Source of the DNA: Holophagales bacterium
GTDB lineage: Bacteria > Acidobacteriota > Thermoanaerobaculia > Multivoradales > Multivoraceae
Length of the DNA stretch: 64,000 bases
Assembly (NCBI GenBank): GCA_009836625.1
Contig: VXVC01000004.1
Location: 449,037-513,036, forward strand
Direction: 5' to 3'
A model generated the notes under the pieces. That model saw only the letters and a program-made list of their open reading frames with translations. It had not been told where the DNA came from and searched no databases. The first letter of the stretch is position 1. Each line of letters begins with the position of its first letter. This document shows positions 1-8,768 of the stretch, in pieces. The position numbers and the translations under genes are program-made.

Positions 1-1
1 G

Positions 2-535
2 AGTTTCCTTGCTCTCTTCCGCAAGGCCGCCCGGTTCAGCGACATCGGCAAGGCCGCGTCCGATCACCGTGCCGCTTCCCTGGCCGGGCTGTTTCAGGCC
101 GGTTACCTGGAGATCGACACGCAGATCAAGGCGCTGCGCGAGCCCCACGGAGACGACGAGAGCCTGCGCCTGCAATCGCTGATGGGCCTCGAGCGGACTC
201 TCCGCCGGGCTGCCAACGTCGAACTTCGGGTTCTCGCGCGCAACACTTCCTGGCTGGCCACGACCGCCGCGGCGGCGCCGTTCATCGGCCTGTTCGGCAC
301 GGTCTGGGGAATCATGATCGCGTTCAACGACATTGGAACCACCGGCACGGCCACGATCACCGCGGTGGCTCCCGGCATCGCCGAGGCGCTGGTGAACACG
401 GCAGCCGGCCTGGTGGCCGCGATTCCCGCCCTGGTCGGTTACAACTACCTGGCCACGAGGCTTCGCCAGTTGCGCGCCGAAATGGACGACTTCACGCTCG
501 AGTTCCTGAATCTGGCCGAACGCAACTTCGGCTGA
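2..535 (+). CDS. tolQ: Tol-Pal system protein TolQ (MotA/TolQ/ExbB proton channel), 5' truncated by the window edge
   Basis: The frame is open from position 2. The C-terminal TM helices (FIGLFGTVWGIMIAF, AVAPGIAEALVNTAAGLVAAIPALVGYN) are typical of TolQ/ExbB. It is followed by tolR-tolA-tolB-pal-cpoB. Confidence 0.85.
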   Translation, partial: SFLALFRKAARFSDIGKAASDHRAASLAGLFQAGYLEIDTQIKALREPHGDDESLRLQSLMGLERTLRRAANVELRVLARNTSWLATTAAAAPFIGLFGTVWGIMIAFNDIGTTGTATITAVAPGIAEALVNTAAGLVAAIPALVGYNYLATRLRQLRAEMDDFTLEFLNLAERNFG

Positions 536-557
536 TTCCGCTTCCGGAGGGAAGAGA

Positions 558-977
558 ATGGCGTTCTTCCAGGACACCGACAGCGACGATTCGGTCCTCG
601 CCGACATCAACGTGACGCCCCTGGTGGACGTCATGCTCGTCCTCCTCATCATCTTCATGATCGCGACGCCGATGCTCCACCAGGGTGTCGAAGTGACGCT
701 CCCGGAGATGGAGTCGCCCGCGTCGCTGGCAATCCGCGATGAGGATCCGCTGATTCTCACGATCGCCCAGAACGATCTCGTCTACATCAGGGACGAGCCG
801 GTAGCCACCGCGCTGCTGGTCGAGCGGCTGCTCCCGATGCTCGAATTGCGCGACTACGAGGCGGTCTTCGTCAAGGGAGACGAAGAGGTTCCCTACGGAA
901 GAATCATCAACGTGCTCGACGTTCTTGAGCGTGCGGACATCCATCGCGTGTCCCTCGTCGTAGAACCAGCGGATTGA
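558..977 (+). CDS. tolR: Tol-Pal system protein TolR (ExbD/TolR family)
   Basis: 139 aa. The N-terminal TM anchor motif INVTPLVDVMLVLLIIFM is typical of the ExbD/TolR biopolymer transport family. It lies immediately downstream of tolQ. Confidence 0.88.
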   Translation: MAFFQDTDSDDSVLADINVTPLVDVMLVLLIIFMIATPMLHQGVEVTLPEMESPASLAIRDEDPLILTIAQNDLVYIRDEPVATALLVERLLPMLELRDYEAVFVKGDEEVPYGRIINVLDVLERADIHRVSLVVEPAD

Positions 978-1765
978 GGCCTGAGGCAACCTTGCAGAAC
1001 CAGGACGACGGCACGCTTCCGCTCGAACGCGCTCTCGCGGGTCGGGAGCAGCGCGGCCTGGGACTGAACCGACCTTGCCTGGCGGCGTCGCTGACCCTGC
1101 ACATCGCCCTGATTGGCGGCCTCCTGTTCGGACCCGGGCTGTTCGCCGAGCGGACCCAACTGGAACGACAGCCGCTCGAGATCGTCCGCCTGCCGACCAT
1201 CCGGCCGGAGCCCATACCGCCTCCACCTCCCCAGGATGAGTCGCAGCCGGAACCGGAGCCCGTTCCCGAGCCCGAGCCGGAACCGGAGCCCGAAGAGACG
1301 CCTCCCGACGTTCCGACGCTCGCCCCCGAAGAGCCCGAACCGGAACCCGAGCCCGAGCCGCCGCCGCCTGAGCCGGAACCCGAACCGGAACCCGAGCGCC
1401 CCCGGCTGGACCGGCCGTTCGAGCCCACACGCACCGTTGATGACGCGCTGGCCGGCACCGACGATGCCGAAGCGCCCGTGGTCGGCTACGACAGCGAGGA
1501 CTTCACTTACGCCTACTACACATCCCGGCTGATAGCCGCGATCAAGGCCCGTTGGACCAGGCCCCCGATCGAGGGCGTGGAGGCCGTGGTCTTCTTCCGG
1601 ATAGGGACCGACGGCACCGTCAGCGACCTGGAACTCCTCCAGTCCTCCGGGGTCACGCGATTCGACAGCGCCGGCTTGCGGGCGATCGAGCTGGCGTCGC
1701 CGGTGCCGCCGCTTCCGCGGAGCTTCCGGAAGCCCAGCCTGGGTGTCACGATGACGATCCGGTGA
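974..1765 (+). CDS. tolA: TonB-family C-terminal domain protein (TolA functional analogue) with a Pro/Glu-rich spacer
   Basis: TTG start overlapping the tolR stop (TTGA). It has a single N-terminal TM helix (LTLHIALIGGLLFGPGLF), a PEPEPEP spacer, and a C-terminal TonB-like domain (AIKARWTRPPIEGVEAVVFFRIGTDGTVSDLELLQSSGVTRFDSAGLRAI). It sits between tolR and tolB. Confidence 0.75.
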   Translation: MRPEATLQNQDDGTLPLERALAGREQRGLGLNRPCLAASLTLHIALIGGLLFGPGLFAERTQLERQPLEIVRLPTIRPEPIPPPPPQDESQPEPEPVPEPEPEPEPEETPPDVPTLAPEEPEPEPEPEPPPPEPEPEPEPERPRLDRPFEPTRTVDDALAGTDDAEAPVVGYDSEDFTYAYYTSRLIAAIKARWTRPPIEGVEAVVFFRIGTDGTVSDLELLQSSGVTRFDSAGLRAIELASPVPPLPRSFRKPSLGVTMTIR

Positions 1766-1781
1766 TGACGAGGAGCAGAAG

Positions 1782-3164
1782 ATGAGAGTTCCAGCCCTTT
1801 CCATCCTGGCGCTGTCGGCCGCACCCTGGCTCCTTGCCGTGGCTCCCGCGCAAGCGCAGACGGGACCTGAAGCGGCCGCAGTCGATTCCCCCCGGAGCCC
1901 CTCGGACCTCGAGCTCGTTCTCGAACCCGATGCGGCGGTGCGAATGAACCTCGCCGTGCCCCGCGCCGGGCGCCCCCCCGGCGCGAGACCGGAGTTCCTC
2001 GACGCGATGGACGAGCTCGAACAGACGCTCCGCGCGGATCTGGCCTTCACCCAACTCTTCGATGTCCAGGGTCCGGAGATTCTCTCGGTCATCCGCTTGA
2101 GTGGCGACCGCGCCAGGGACCTGGAGCAGTACCGCGCATACGGCAACGAAGTCGCTCTCCTGACGGAGTTCAAGCTGAACGGGGATCAGCTGATCCTCGA
2201 GGGGCGGGTCTACGACCTGGCGAGCGGTCAGTTCATCCTCGGCAAGCGGTTCAGCGGCGGTATCGACCTGGCGCGGCGCATCGCGCACGCCCTCTCCGAC
2301 GAGATCGTCCTCTACTTCACCGGTCGTCGCGGCATCGCGATGACCTCGATCGCCTTTGTCTCGGACCGCGAAGGCCAGGCGAGCAAGGAGATCTTCCTGA
2401 TGGACTACGACGGTCACGCCCAGCGCCGGATCACCGGCCACATCTCGACCAGCCTGTCGCCGGTCTGGGCCGTCGACGGCAGCGGGCTGGCCTACCTCTC
2501 GTACTTCCAGGGACGTCCCGGCGTCTACTGGGCGGACCTCACGACCGGCAGAAAGACGCCGATCGTCTTCGAGGAGCAGCCCGCGTACTCGCCCAGCGTC
2601 TGCCCGGACGGCGAGACGGTCCTCTTCTCCCGTCCGGTCCGCCGCAGTGGCAAGAGCAGCACGGAGGTCTTCTCCGTTGAGCGTGGAGGGGACACCCCCC
2701 GGCAGATCACCCGTTCGAGCGGGGAGGACACGAACCCCGAGTGTTCACCCGACGGCAGCCGGATCGCCTTTACGTCCAGCCGTTCCGGAACCCCGCAGAT
2801 CTACGTGATGGACATGGACGGCAGCGATCTTCAGCGGGTGACCTTCAAGGGCAGGTACAACGAAGGGGCTTCCTGGCACCCCGACGGCAGCAAGCTCGTG
2901 TACGCCCGGCGTACCGAGCGCGGCGACCGGTTCGACATCGCGGTCGTCGACCTGGTCACGGACCAGGATCAACTGCTGACAACCGGGCCCGGCAGCCACG
3001 AGTACCCGACGTTCTCACCCAATGGCGAGTGGGTCGTTTACGAGTCGCGCCAGCGGGGACGCGATCGCCAGATCTTCATCATGAGCGGAGACGGCCGCTA
3101 CACGCGCCAGGTGACCACGCGCGGGAACAACTACTCGCCTTCCTGGTCCGGCTACTTCGACTGA
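1782..3164 (+). CDS. tolB: Tol-Pal system beta-propeller periplasmic protein TolB
   Basis: Has a signal peptide, an N-terminal TolB domain and WD40-like repeats (e.g. ECSPDGSRIAFTSSRSGTPQIYVMDMDGS, PTFSPNGEWVVYESRQRGRDRQIFIMSGDG). An AGGAG-like ribosome-binding site lies upstream. Confidence 0.9.
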   Translation: MRVPALSILALSAAPWLLAVAPAQAQTGPEAAAVDSPRSPSDLELVLEPDAAVRMNLAVPRAGRPPGARPEFLDAMDELEQTLRADLAFTQLFDVQGPEILSVIRLSGDRARDLEQYRAYGNEVALLTEFKLNGDQLILEGRVYDLASGQFILGKRFSGGIDLARRIAHALSDEIVLYFTGRRGIAMTSIAFVSDREGQASKEIFLMDYDGHAQRRITGHISTSLSPVWAVDGSGLAYLSYFQGRPGVYWADLTTGRKTPIVFEEQPAYSPSVCPDGETVLFSRPVRRSGKSSTEVFSVERGGDTPRQITRSSGEDTNPECSPDGSRIAFTSSRSGTPQIYVMDMDGSDLQRVTFKGRYNEGASWHPDGSKLVYARRTERGDRFDIAVVDLVTDQDQLLTTGPGSHEYPTFSPNGEWVVYESRQRGRDRQIFIMSGDGRYTRQVTTRGNNYSPSWSGYFD

Positions 3165-3275
3165 CGTGTTGAAGAAGACCCCGGGAGAATCCGCTGTTGC
3201 CGCCCGAGCACTGCTCTGGTAGTGTCCCTACAACCGAAACGAACCAAGTTTCCAGGCTTTAGGAGTAGTCCCGGT

Positions 3276-3851
3276 ATGTTGGCCAGAAGGTTCTCTGCAC
3301 TCTTCCTGTCGGCTCTCGTCCTGCTGGCCATCGGGGCCTGCAAGAAGGCGGAACCCGAACCGCCGCCGCCACCACCGCCGCCACCCGCGGCCGAACCGCC
3401 GCCGCCGGAACCCGTGCCGCCGCCACCGGAACCCCCGGTCGAGCCGGCCTACGTTTCGCCGTGGTCCGAGGACATCGTGGAAGCGAACGAGGAGGTCCAT
3501 GAGAAGGGCCTCCTGGGCGACGTCTACTTCGAGTTCGACAAGGCGACCCTGACCGACGCGACCCGGTCTCAACTCGGCAAGAACGCGGACTTCCTCAAGA
3601 GCCAGGACGGCGAGGACTTCGTCATCACGATCGAAGGTCACTGCGACGAGAGGGGCACGAACGACTACAACCTGGCCCTTGGCGACCGCAGAGCGAACTC
3701 GGCTCGCGACTACCTCACCTCTCTCGGCATTTCCGGCGATCGCCTGAAGACGATCAGCTACGGAGAGGAGCGGCCACAGTGCGAGGAGTCGAACGAGGAC
3801 TGCTGGCAACTGAACCGGCGCGCCTACTTCCGCGTAACCGACCGCATGTGA
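3276..3851 (+). CDS. pal: Peptidoglycan-associated lipoprotein Pal (OmpA family)
   Basis: Lipobox LLAIGAC, a long Pro-rich linker, and an OmpA-like domain (FEFDKATLTDATRSQLGKNADFL, ITIEGHCDERGTNDYNLALGDRRANSARDYL). An AGGAG sequence lies 10 nt upstream of the ATG at 3276. The track ORF at 3222 is probably over-extended. Confidence 0.88.
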   Translation: MLARRFSALFLSALVLLAIGACKKAEPEPPPPPPPPPAAEPPPPEPVPPPPEPPVEPAYVSPWSEDIVEANEEVHEKGLLGDVYFEFDKATLTDATRSQLGKNADFLKSQDGEDFVITIEGHCDERGTNDYNLALGDRRANSARDYLTSLGISGDRLKTISYGEERPQCEESNEDCWQLNRRAYFRVTDRM

Positions 3852-4711
3852 CCCGGGGCCCGGCCCCCTGGCGATTTCTTCGCTGCAGCCTGGCGCAAGG
3901 ACGCGCCAGCCGGTTTCTGGCGGTTGTCTTCCTGGTGTCGGCGTCTGGCTGCACGTCGTCGACCCAGTTGACGGAGCTTGAGGCCGGAATGACCGCCCTC
4001 GAGCAGCAGATCGACACGCTTCGGTCACAGGCGCCCACCCGCGACGACCTGGCCGTCGTACTTCGTGCCGTCGAGGAACTGCTGGAGCGCGACGTCAGCG
4101 CCAGGGCGGACCTGAAGGAGGATCTCCGCCAGCTCATCGCCGAAGTCGAAGCCCTGCGAACCTCAACCCAGGAACAGGGACGGACACTCAACGCGTCGCT
4201 CGAGCGCATCGGGCAGATGAACGACGAGTTGGACCTCCTCCAGGGTCAGCTTGAACGCCAGGAGACGTACCTGGCCAACCTGGGTGAACTGCTGGAGGCC
4301 AGCCGCCAGACCACTCCCGCCGAGTCGGTTGAACCCAAGGCCCTGTACGACGCCGCCTACCAGAGCTACCTGAGCGGCGACTACGAACAGGCGGCGATCG
4401 GTTTCGAGAGCTACCTCGGCACATTCCCCAACGGCGAGGACGCTGACAACGCCCAGTACTGGCTCGGCGAGTCCTACATGGAACGGGGGCGGTTTCGCAC
4501 AGCGATCGAGGAACTCGGACGGGTCGCCGAACGCTACCCGGACAGCGACAAGGTCGCGAGTTCCATGCTGCGCATCGGAGTCGCGCACATCGAACTCGGC
4601 GAACGCGGGCAGGGCAACGAGATGTTGCTCCGCGTCAGGCAGGAGTACCCGGACTCGGACGAGGCTGTCCTGGCCCTGCAGCAACTCGACAACCCGGCCG
4701 ACCAACTGTAG
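3848..4711 (+). CDS. cpoB: Cell division coordinator CpoB (YbgF-like; coiled coil plus TPR)
   Basis: The candidate GTG start at 3848 overlaps the pal stop. The N-terminus is lipoprotein-like or signal-anchor-like (FLAVVFLVSASGC). It has a coiled-coil region and C-terminal TPRs (YDAAYQSYLSGDYEQAAIGFESYL, YWLGESYMERGRF). It is the last gene of the tol-pal cluster. Confidence 0.75.
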   Translation: MTRGPAPWRFLRCSLAQGRASRFLAVVFLVSASGCTSSTQLTELEAGMTALEQQIDTLRSQAPTRDDLAVVLRAVEELLERDVSARADLKEDLRQLIAEVEALRTSTQEQGRTLNASLERIGQMNDELDLLQGQLERQETYLANLGELLEASRQTTPAESVEPKALYDAAYQSYLSGDYEQAAIGFESYLGTFPNGEDADNAQYWLGESYMERGRFRTAIEELGRVAERYPDSDKVASSMLRIGVAHIELGERGQGNEMLLRVRQEYPDSDEAVLALQQLDNPADQL

Positions 4712-4789
4712 ACTGCGCCGCCGGCCGGGGGTCAGTCCCTGGCTCGGACAACGCGAACGTCACTGACCTGAGCCCAAAGAGAACACGAG

Positions 4790-5089
4790 ATGGCGAACAG
4801 CAAGCAGGCCGAGAAGCGCATCCGGCAGTCGATCATCCGGCGAGATCGCAACCGCGCCGCGATGTCCCGACTCCGCACGTCCATCAAACAGCTTCGCAGC
4901 GCCGCGGACAGCGACGTGACGAAGGCGCGTGAGCTTCTACCATCGACCCTCAGCATGATCGATGCAACGGCACGAAAGGGTGTGATCCACGCGAATGCGG
5001 CCGCCCGACGCAAGTCGCGCCTGACCAGGCTCGTGAATCGTCGCGCCGAGGCGGCCGGCGAGACGGCAGCCGCCGAATCCTCCGACTGA
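4790..5089 (+). CDS. rpsT: 30S ribosomal protein S20
   Basis: 99 aa; the sequence MANSKQAEKRIRQSIIRRDRNRAAMSRLRTSIKQL is typical of bS20. Confidence 0.9.
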   Translation: MANSKQAEKRIRQSIIRRDRNRAAMSRLRTSIKQLRSAADSDVTKARELLPSTLSMIDATARKGVIHANAAARRKSRLTRLVNRRAEAAGETAAAESSD

Positions 5090-5103
5090 CCTTTCGCGGT
5101 GCC

Positions 5104-5118
5104 GGGGTTCAGAACCCC
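5104..5118. terminator. Short GC hairpin (GGGGTTC-aga-ACCCC) between convergent rpsT and lptE; putative bidirectional terminator
   Basis: An inverted repeat is read directly at 5104-5118. It overlaps the lptE stop codon. There is no clear U-tract, so it is weak. Confidence 0.25.
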
Positions 5119-5660
5119 TCGAGCAAATCGGTCACCATCGTGTCGGCAAAGCGTTCGGCGCTATCTTCGATTGCCAGGTTCTCACGGTCGAAGAAGTCGC
5201 TGTCGGCGCTCTCGACCTCGTAACTCTGCCTGAACTGGTAGCGGTCGTTCGCCCAGATCACCTCGCCTTCCTCCCCGGTCGGCGAGGGAATCCGCCGGAA
5301 GGAGACGTCGGCGATGATCGCCAGCTCGTACTCCTGGGCACGCCCGTCGCTGGTGAAGGTGATCGGCGCCACGCGGAATGCGGTGACCGAGCCGCGAATC
5401 ACCGCGTCCGCCTCGCCCGCGGTCGCCACCAGTTCGAAGCGCGGCCGCGTGACCAGTTCGTCGGCGATCGCCTGGGTGAGGAACTGTTCGACCTCGACCC
5501 GAGTGGTCCGGTTCTCGAAGGGCTGCAGGAACACCCGCCGGATGTCCTCGGGGATGTTGGAGGCTCTGCCAACCAGCGTGTAGCCGCAGCCGCCCAGGGC
5601 CAGACCGGTGGCAAGTGCCGTAGCCACCGCCACGAGCCGCACCGGCCATGCCACCTTCAT
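5109..5660 (-). CDS. lptE: LPS-assembly lipoprotein LptE (RlpB family)
   Basis: Lipobox LALGGCGY followed by TL, and an LptE-like fold signature (FLQPFENRTTRVEVEQFLTQAIADEL). Confidence 0.7.
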   Translation of the reverse strand: MKVAWPVRLVAVATALATGLALGGCGYTLVGRASNIPEDIRRVFLQPFENRTTRVEVEQFLTQAIADELVTRPRFELVATAGEADAVIRGSVTAFRVAPITFTSDGRAQEYELAIIADVSFRRIPSPTGEEGEVIWANDRYQFRQSYEVESADSDFFDRENLAIEDSAERFADTMVTDLLEGF

Positions 5661-5681
5661 GGCCGCCAGCCTAGCAGCAGG

Positions 5682-6182
5682 TCAGCGGTTGGCATCCCGG
5701 CCCAGAGTGGCCAGGAGGGCATCGAGGATCCCGTTGACGAACCTCCCCGACTGCTCGGTCCCGAACTTCTTGGCCAGTTCGATCGCCTCGTCGATCACGA
5801 CGACCGCGGGTACGTCCGGCTGATAGCGGAGTTCGTAGACGGCAAGCCGCAGCACGTTCCGGTCGACCACCGGCATTCTCTCCAGACGCCAGTTCTCAGC
5901 CTGCTCATCGATCAATGAGTCAATCGACTCCTGGTTGACGAGGCTACCCTCCAGCAGGGTACGCGCGTAGACCAGCGCCAGCTTCGAGGCGTGCAGCGTA
6001 GCGCCGGCGGCAGCCGTCTCGGATCGGAATGAGTGGACATCGAACTCGCGGACTAACTGCCGCGGCTCCAGCCGCCCGATCTCTCGCTGGTAGAGCATCT
6101 GCAGCGCCATCTCGCGCGCCTGCCGGCGCTTTCCTGCCGGGCTTCGACGCACTTCGGTCGCCGCGGCTCCAGTCCTGGTCAT
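5682..6182 (-). CDS. nusB: Transcription antitermination factor NusB
   Basis: KRRQAREMALQMLYQ N-terminal motif and conserved ARTLLEG...IDEAIELAKKFG core. The start overlaps the ribH stop (ATGA), which is the classic ribH-nusB operon arrangement. Confidence 0.88.
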   Translation of the reverse strand: MTRTGAAATEVRRSPAGKRRQAREMALQMLYQREIGRLEPRQLVREFDVHSFRSETAAAGATLHASKLALVYARTLLEGSLVNQESIDSLIDEQAENWRLERMPVVDRNVLRLAVYELRYQPDVPAVVVIDEAIELAKKFGTEQSGRFVNGILDALLATLGRDANR

Positions 6183-6646
6183 GACTTCAACGACCGCAGA
6201 AGACAGGCCATTTCCAGGGCAGCTTCCGCGGCTTCCCGGCCCTTGTTCCCCGCCTTGCCTCCGGCTCTGGCTGCTGCCTGTTCCGCGTCATCGCAGGTCA
6301 GGACGCCGAATCCGACGGCGAGGCCGGTCCTTGCCGTGACTCGTGCACATCCCGCAGCGCACTCGCTGCAGATGTAGTCGAAGTGCGGCGTCTGTCCACG
6401 AATCACCGCTCCAAGCGCCACCAGGGCGTCGAATCTCCCGCTATCAGCCAGAGCGTCCAGAGCCGCCGGTACTTCCCAGGCGCCGGGGACCCGGACCAGC
6501 TCGATGTGCTCGTCCAGGACGCCGTGCTGCAGCAGGGTCTCCCACGCGCCGACGATCAGCCGTTCAACAATGTTGCCGTTGAACCGCGCCGCGACCAGCC
6601 CGAGCCGGAAGCCAGCCGCATCGAATGCGGTCTTCACGTCGTGCAC
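6179..6646 (-). CDS. ribH: 6,7-dimethyl-8-ribityllumazine synthase
   Basis: 155 aa; the motifs RLGLVAARFNGNIVERLIVGA...VRVPGAWEVP...GAVIRGQTPHFDYIC are typical of lumazine synthase. Confidence 0.9.
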   Translation of the reverse strand: MHDVKTAFDAAGFRLGLVAARFNGNIVERLIVGAWETLLQHGVLDEHIELVRVPGAWEVPAALDALADSGRFDALVALGAVIRGQTPHFDYICSECAAGCARVTARTGLAVGFGVLTCDDAEQAAARAGGKAGNKGREAAEAALEMACLLRSLKS

Positions 6647-6667
6647 TGGCGATCACAAGGGGATGGA

Positions 6668-6744
6668 TGGTCGGGACGGCGAGATTCGAACTCGCGACCC
6701 CCTGAACCCCATTCAGGTACGCTACCAGACTGCGCCACGTCCCG
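6668..6744 (-). tRNA. tRNA-Pro (anticodon GGG)
   Basis: Folded by hand as a 77-nt cloverleaf: acceptor CGGGACG/CGTCCCG, anticodon stem CCTGA/TCAGG with loop AUGGGGU, T-loop TTCGAAT, and an encoded CCA. Confidence 0.85.
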
Positions 6745-6836
6745 ACCGGAGGGCATTCTCTATTGGTTTGCGGCCCTTTGGCAAGACTCTGGCCGCACGG
6801 CGCAACTCGGCGGCTACGTGGTGGCGCCGCTTCGTG

Positions 6837-7340
6837 TCAGTCGCTTTCCGCGCCGGTTTCCGGCTTGAGTTCAGCGGCAAGCTGGCGGGCCTGAGCGACC
6901 AGCGCCGCGACTCCCCCTTCCAGCCGCTCGACCCGCCGGGCCAGGGCTCCGATGTCGCTCGTGTCGACAGGCGGAGCCTCGCCGACCGGCGCTTCCTCCC
7001 CCACCGCGTGTGTGGGCTCCTGATCGCCGTTCGCCCTGTCTCCCGTTGCGGGAATCATCGGGCGGCCGCGGAGCCGCCCGTCCTCCAGCTCCGCGGCGAG
7101 CTTCTTCTTGGCGCTTGCGATCGTGTAGCCCTCGTCGTAGAGGAGCTCCTTGATCCGACGGATCGTCTCCAGATCCTCGGCGTTGAAGTCACGACGGCCC
7201 CCGCCGGTCTTCCTCGAGGCCAGGGACGGAAACTCCGTCTGCCAGTAGCGCAGTACGTAGGGCTGGATGTCCAGCAACCGGCACGCATCGGCGATCTTGT
7301 ACTGCTTGGGAATGACGGGCCTCCCCGGGCTACGCGTCAA
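6837..7340 (-). CDS. MerR-family transcriptional regulator
   Basis: N-terminal HTH (YKIADACRLLDIQPYVLRYWQTEFPSL...FNAEDLETIRRIKELLYDEGYTIASAKKKL) plus a C-terminal coiled coil. A TTG start at 7340 is inferred. The track ORF to 7757 is over-extended into der. Confidence 0.65.
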   Translation of the reverse strand: MTRSPGRPVIPKQYKIADACRLLDIQPYVLRYWQTEFPSLASRKTGGGRRDFNAEDLETIRRIKELLYDEGYTIASAKKKLAAELEDGRLRGRPMIPATGDRANGDQEPTHAVGEEAPVGEAPPVDTSDIGALARRVERLEGGVAALVAQARQLAAELKPETGAESD

Positions 7341-7409
7341 TTGAACCCGAGCGCAACGGACGAAGGGGGGACGATGCCGGGCTGAAGTGCTGTGGGATAC
7401 GAGCTGAGG

Positions 7410-7415
7410 ATTATA
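7410..7415 (-). promoter_or_regulatory. Candidate sigma70 -10 hexamer (TATAAT) for the MerR-family gene
   Basis: A perfect TATAAT lies on the minus strand about 70 nt upstream of the inferred TTG start. It is in an otherwise 70% GC context and overlaps the der stop codon. Confidence 0.3.
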
Positions 7416-8748
7416 CGAAACGTGAAGATCCGCCGGCCGCGTCGGCGTCGCCGCGCCGCTCCCGCACCACGATGCGAAGCGGAACACCGTCGAGCTCGAA
7501 CGTCTGCCGGAGGTTGTTCTCCAGATACCTTCGGTAGTTGTGGCCACGCTTGAGACGCCGGTTCGCGAACAGGAGAAAGGTGGGAGGCGCTCCGGCCACC
7601 TGGGTCCCGTAGAAGAACCTCCAGGGTCGCCCCCGCTCCGCCGGCGGCTGGTGACGACCCACGATGCGTCGAACTTCGCGGTTGAGTTCGGACGTCGGCA
7701 CCCGCAGGCGATGCCGTTCAGCGACCCGGTCCAGCGCGGGCATGACACTCGCCACACCCCGGCCGGTCAGGGCGGAGACGTTGATTCGAGCCGGTTTGGC
7801 GAACAGTTCGGAAACCCGTTCCCAGCCCAGCTCCAGGCGCTCCCGCTTCTCCTCGTCCACCAGATCCCACTTGTTGCAGACCACGACGGCGGAGCGACCC
7901 GCCTGCCATGCGACGTCGGCGATCGCGAGGTCGCCGGCGGCGATGCCCTCGTTCGCGTCGACGACCAGAACCGCGAGTTCCGCCCGCTCTATCTGGCGGC
8001 GGGCGAGCATCACTGCCAACTCCTCAGGGGTGTCCTGGACCTGGGAACGGCGCCGAATGCCCGCCGTGTCCACGAGCAGGTAGTCCGGGCCGTCCTCTCG
8101 CTCCAGCAGACTGTCGATCGGGTCCCTGGTGGTCCCGGCCGTCGGAGAGACGAGCGTCCGTTCCCTGCCCAGCAGACGGTTGACCAGGGAGGACTTGCCG
8201 ACATTCGGCCGGCCCACGACCGCGACGGACGGCGCCGGCGGCAGGACCGCGGAGGAGGCCGCCGGAAGGTGCCCGGCGATCTCCATGTGCAAGGACTCGA
8301 AACCGGTGCCGTGCTCGGCTGACAGGAGCACCAGCGCGTCTCCCCCCAGGGCGTAGAACTCGTGGTGACCCTCCCTGGCGGCCCGGGTATCGGCCTTGTT
8401 GACGACCACGATGATCGGCCGGCCACGGGTCCGGAGACGCTCCATGACCTGTTCGTCCGCGGCCGCCAGCCCTTCCCGACCGTCCACGACCAGCAGCAGG
8501 AGGTCGCTCTCGGCGACCGCGAACTCGACCTGGGCGTTCAGGCCCAGCGGATCGGCGCCCGGGACCAGACCGCCCGTATCGATCAACTCAACGGTACCGT
8601 GACCCTCAAGATCGAAGCGCCCTACCAGCCGATCTCGCGTGACGCCGGGCGTACCGTGGACGATCGCTTGCCGGCGACCGATCAGCCGGTTGAAGAGCGT
8701 CGACTTGCCGACGTTGGGGCGACCGACGATGGCGATCGCGGCGGGCAT
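7411..8748 (-). CDS. der: Ribosome-associated GTPase Der/EngA (tandem GTPase domains)
   Basis: It has two G domains (IAIVGRPNVGKSTLFNRL and VAVVGRPNVGKSSLVNRL) and a KH-like C-terminus. The true start is the ATG at 8748 (MPAAIAIVG); the track ORF is extended. Confidence 0.9.
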   Translation of the reverse strand: MPAAIAIVGRPNVGKSTLFNRLIGRRQAIVHGTPGVTRDRLVGRFDLEGHGTVELIDTGGLVPGADPLGLNAQVEFAVAESDLLLLVVDGREGLAAADEQVMERLRTRGRPIIVVVNKADTRAAREGHHEFYALGGDALVLLSAEHGTGFESLHMEIAGHLPAASSAVLPPAPSVAVVGRPNVGKSSLVNRLLGRERTLVSPTAGTTRDPIDSLLEREDGPDYLLVDTAGIRRRSQVQDTPEELAVMLARRQIERAELAVLVVDANEGIAAGDLAIADVAWQAGRSAVVVCNKWDLVDEEKRERLELGWERVSELFAKPARINVSALTGRGVASVMPALDRVAERHRLRVPTSELNREVRRIVGRHQPPAERGRPWRFFYGTQVAGAPPTFLLFANRRLKRGHNYRRYLENNLRQTFELDGVPLRIVVRERRGDADAAGGSSRFV

Positions 8749-8768
8749 GGAGGAAGATGGCGGCGCTG

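Noticed and set aside
1200-1420. Tandem DNA repeat (ccggaacccgag)n
   Set aside because: It is simply the coding sequence for the PEPEPE spacer of the TolA/TonB-like protein, not an independent repeat element or CRISPR.
6647-6836. Possible integrative element at tRNA-Pro or tRNA-Leu (9358-9444)
   Set aside because: No integrase, no direct repeat of the tRNA 3' end, and flanking genes are housekeeping.
6837-7757. 306-aa extended MerR ORF and the Der ORF extended to 9069
   Set aside because: The N-terminal extensions overlap neighbouring genes and lack homology. Conserved domain starts (MPAAIAIVG for Der; IPKQYKIADA for MerR) indicate internal starts.
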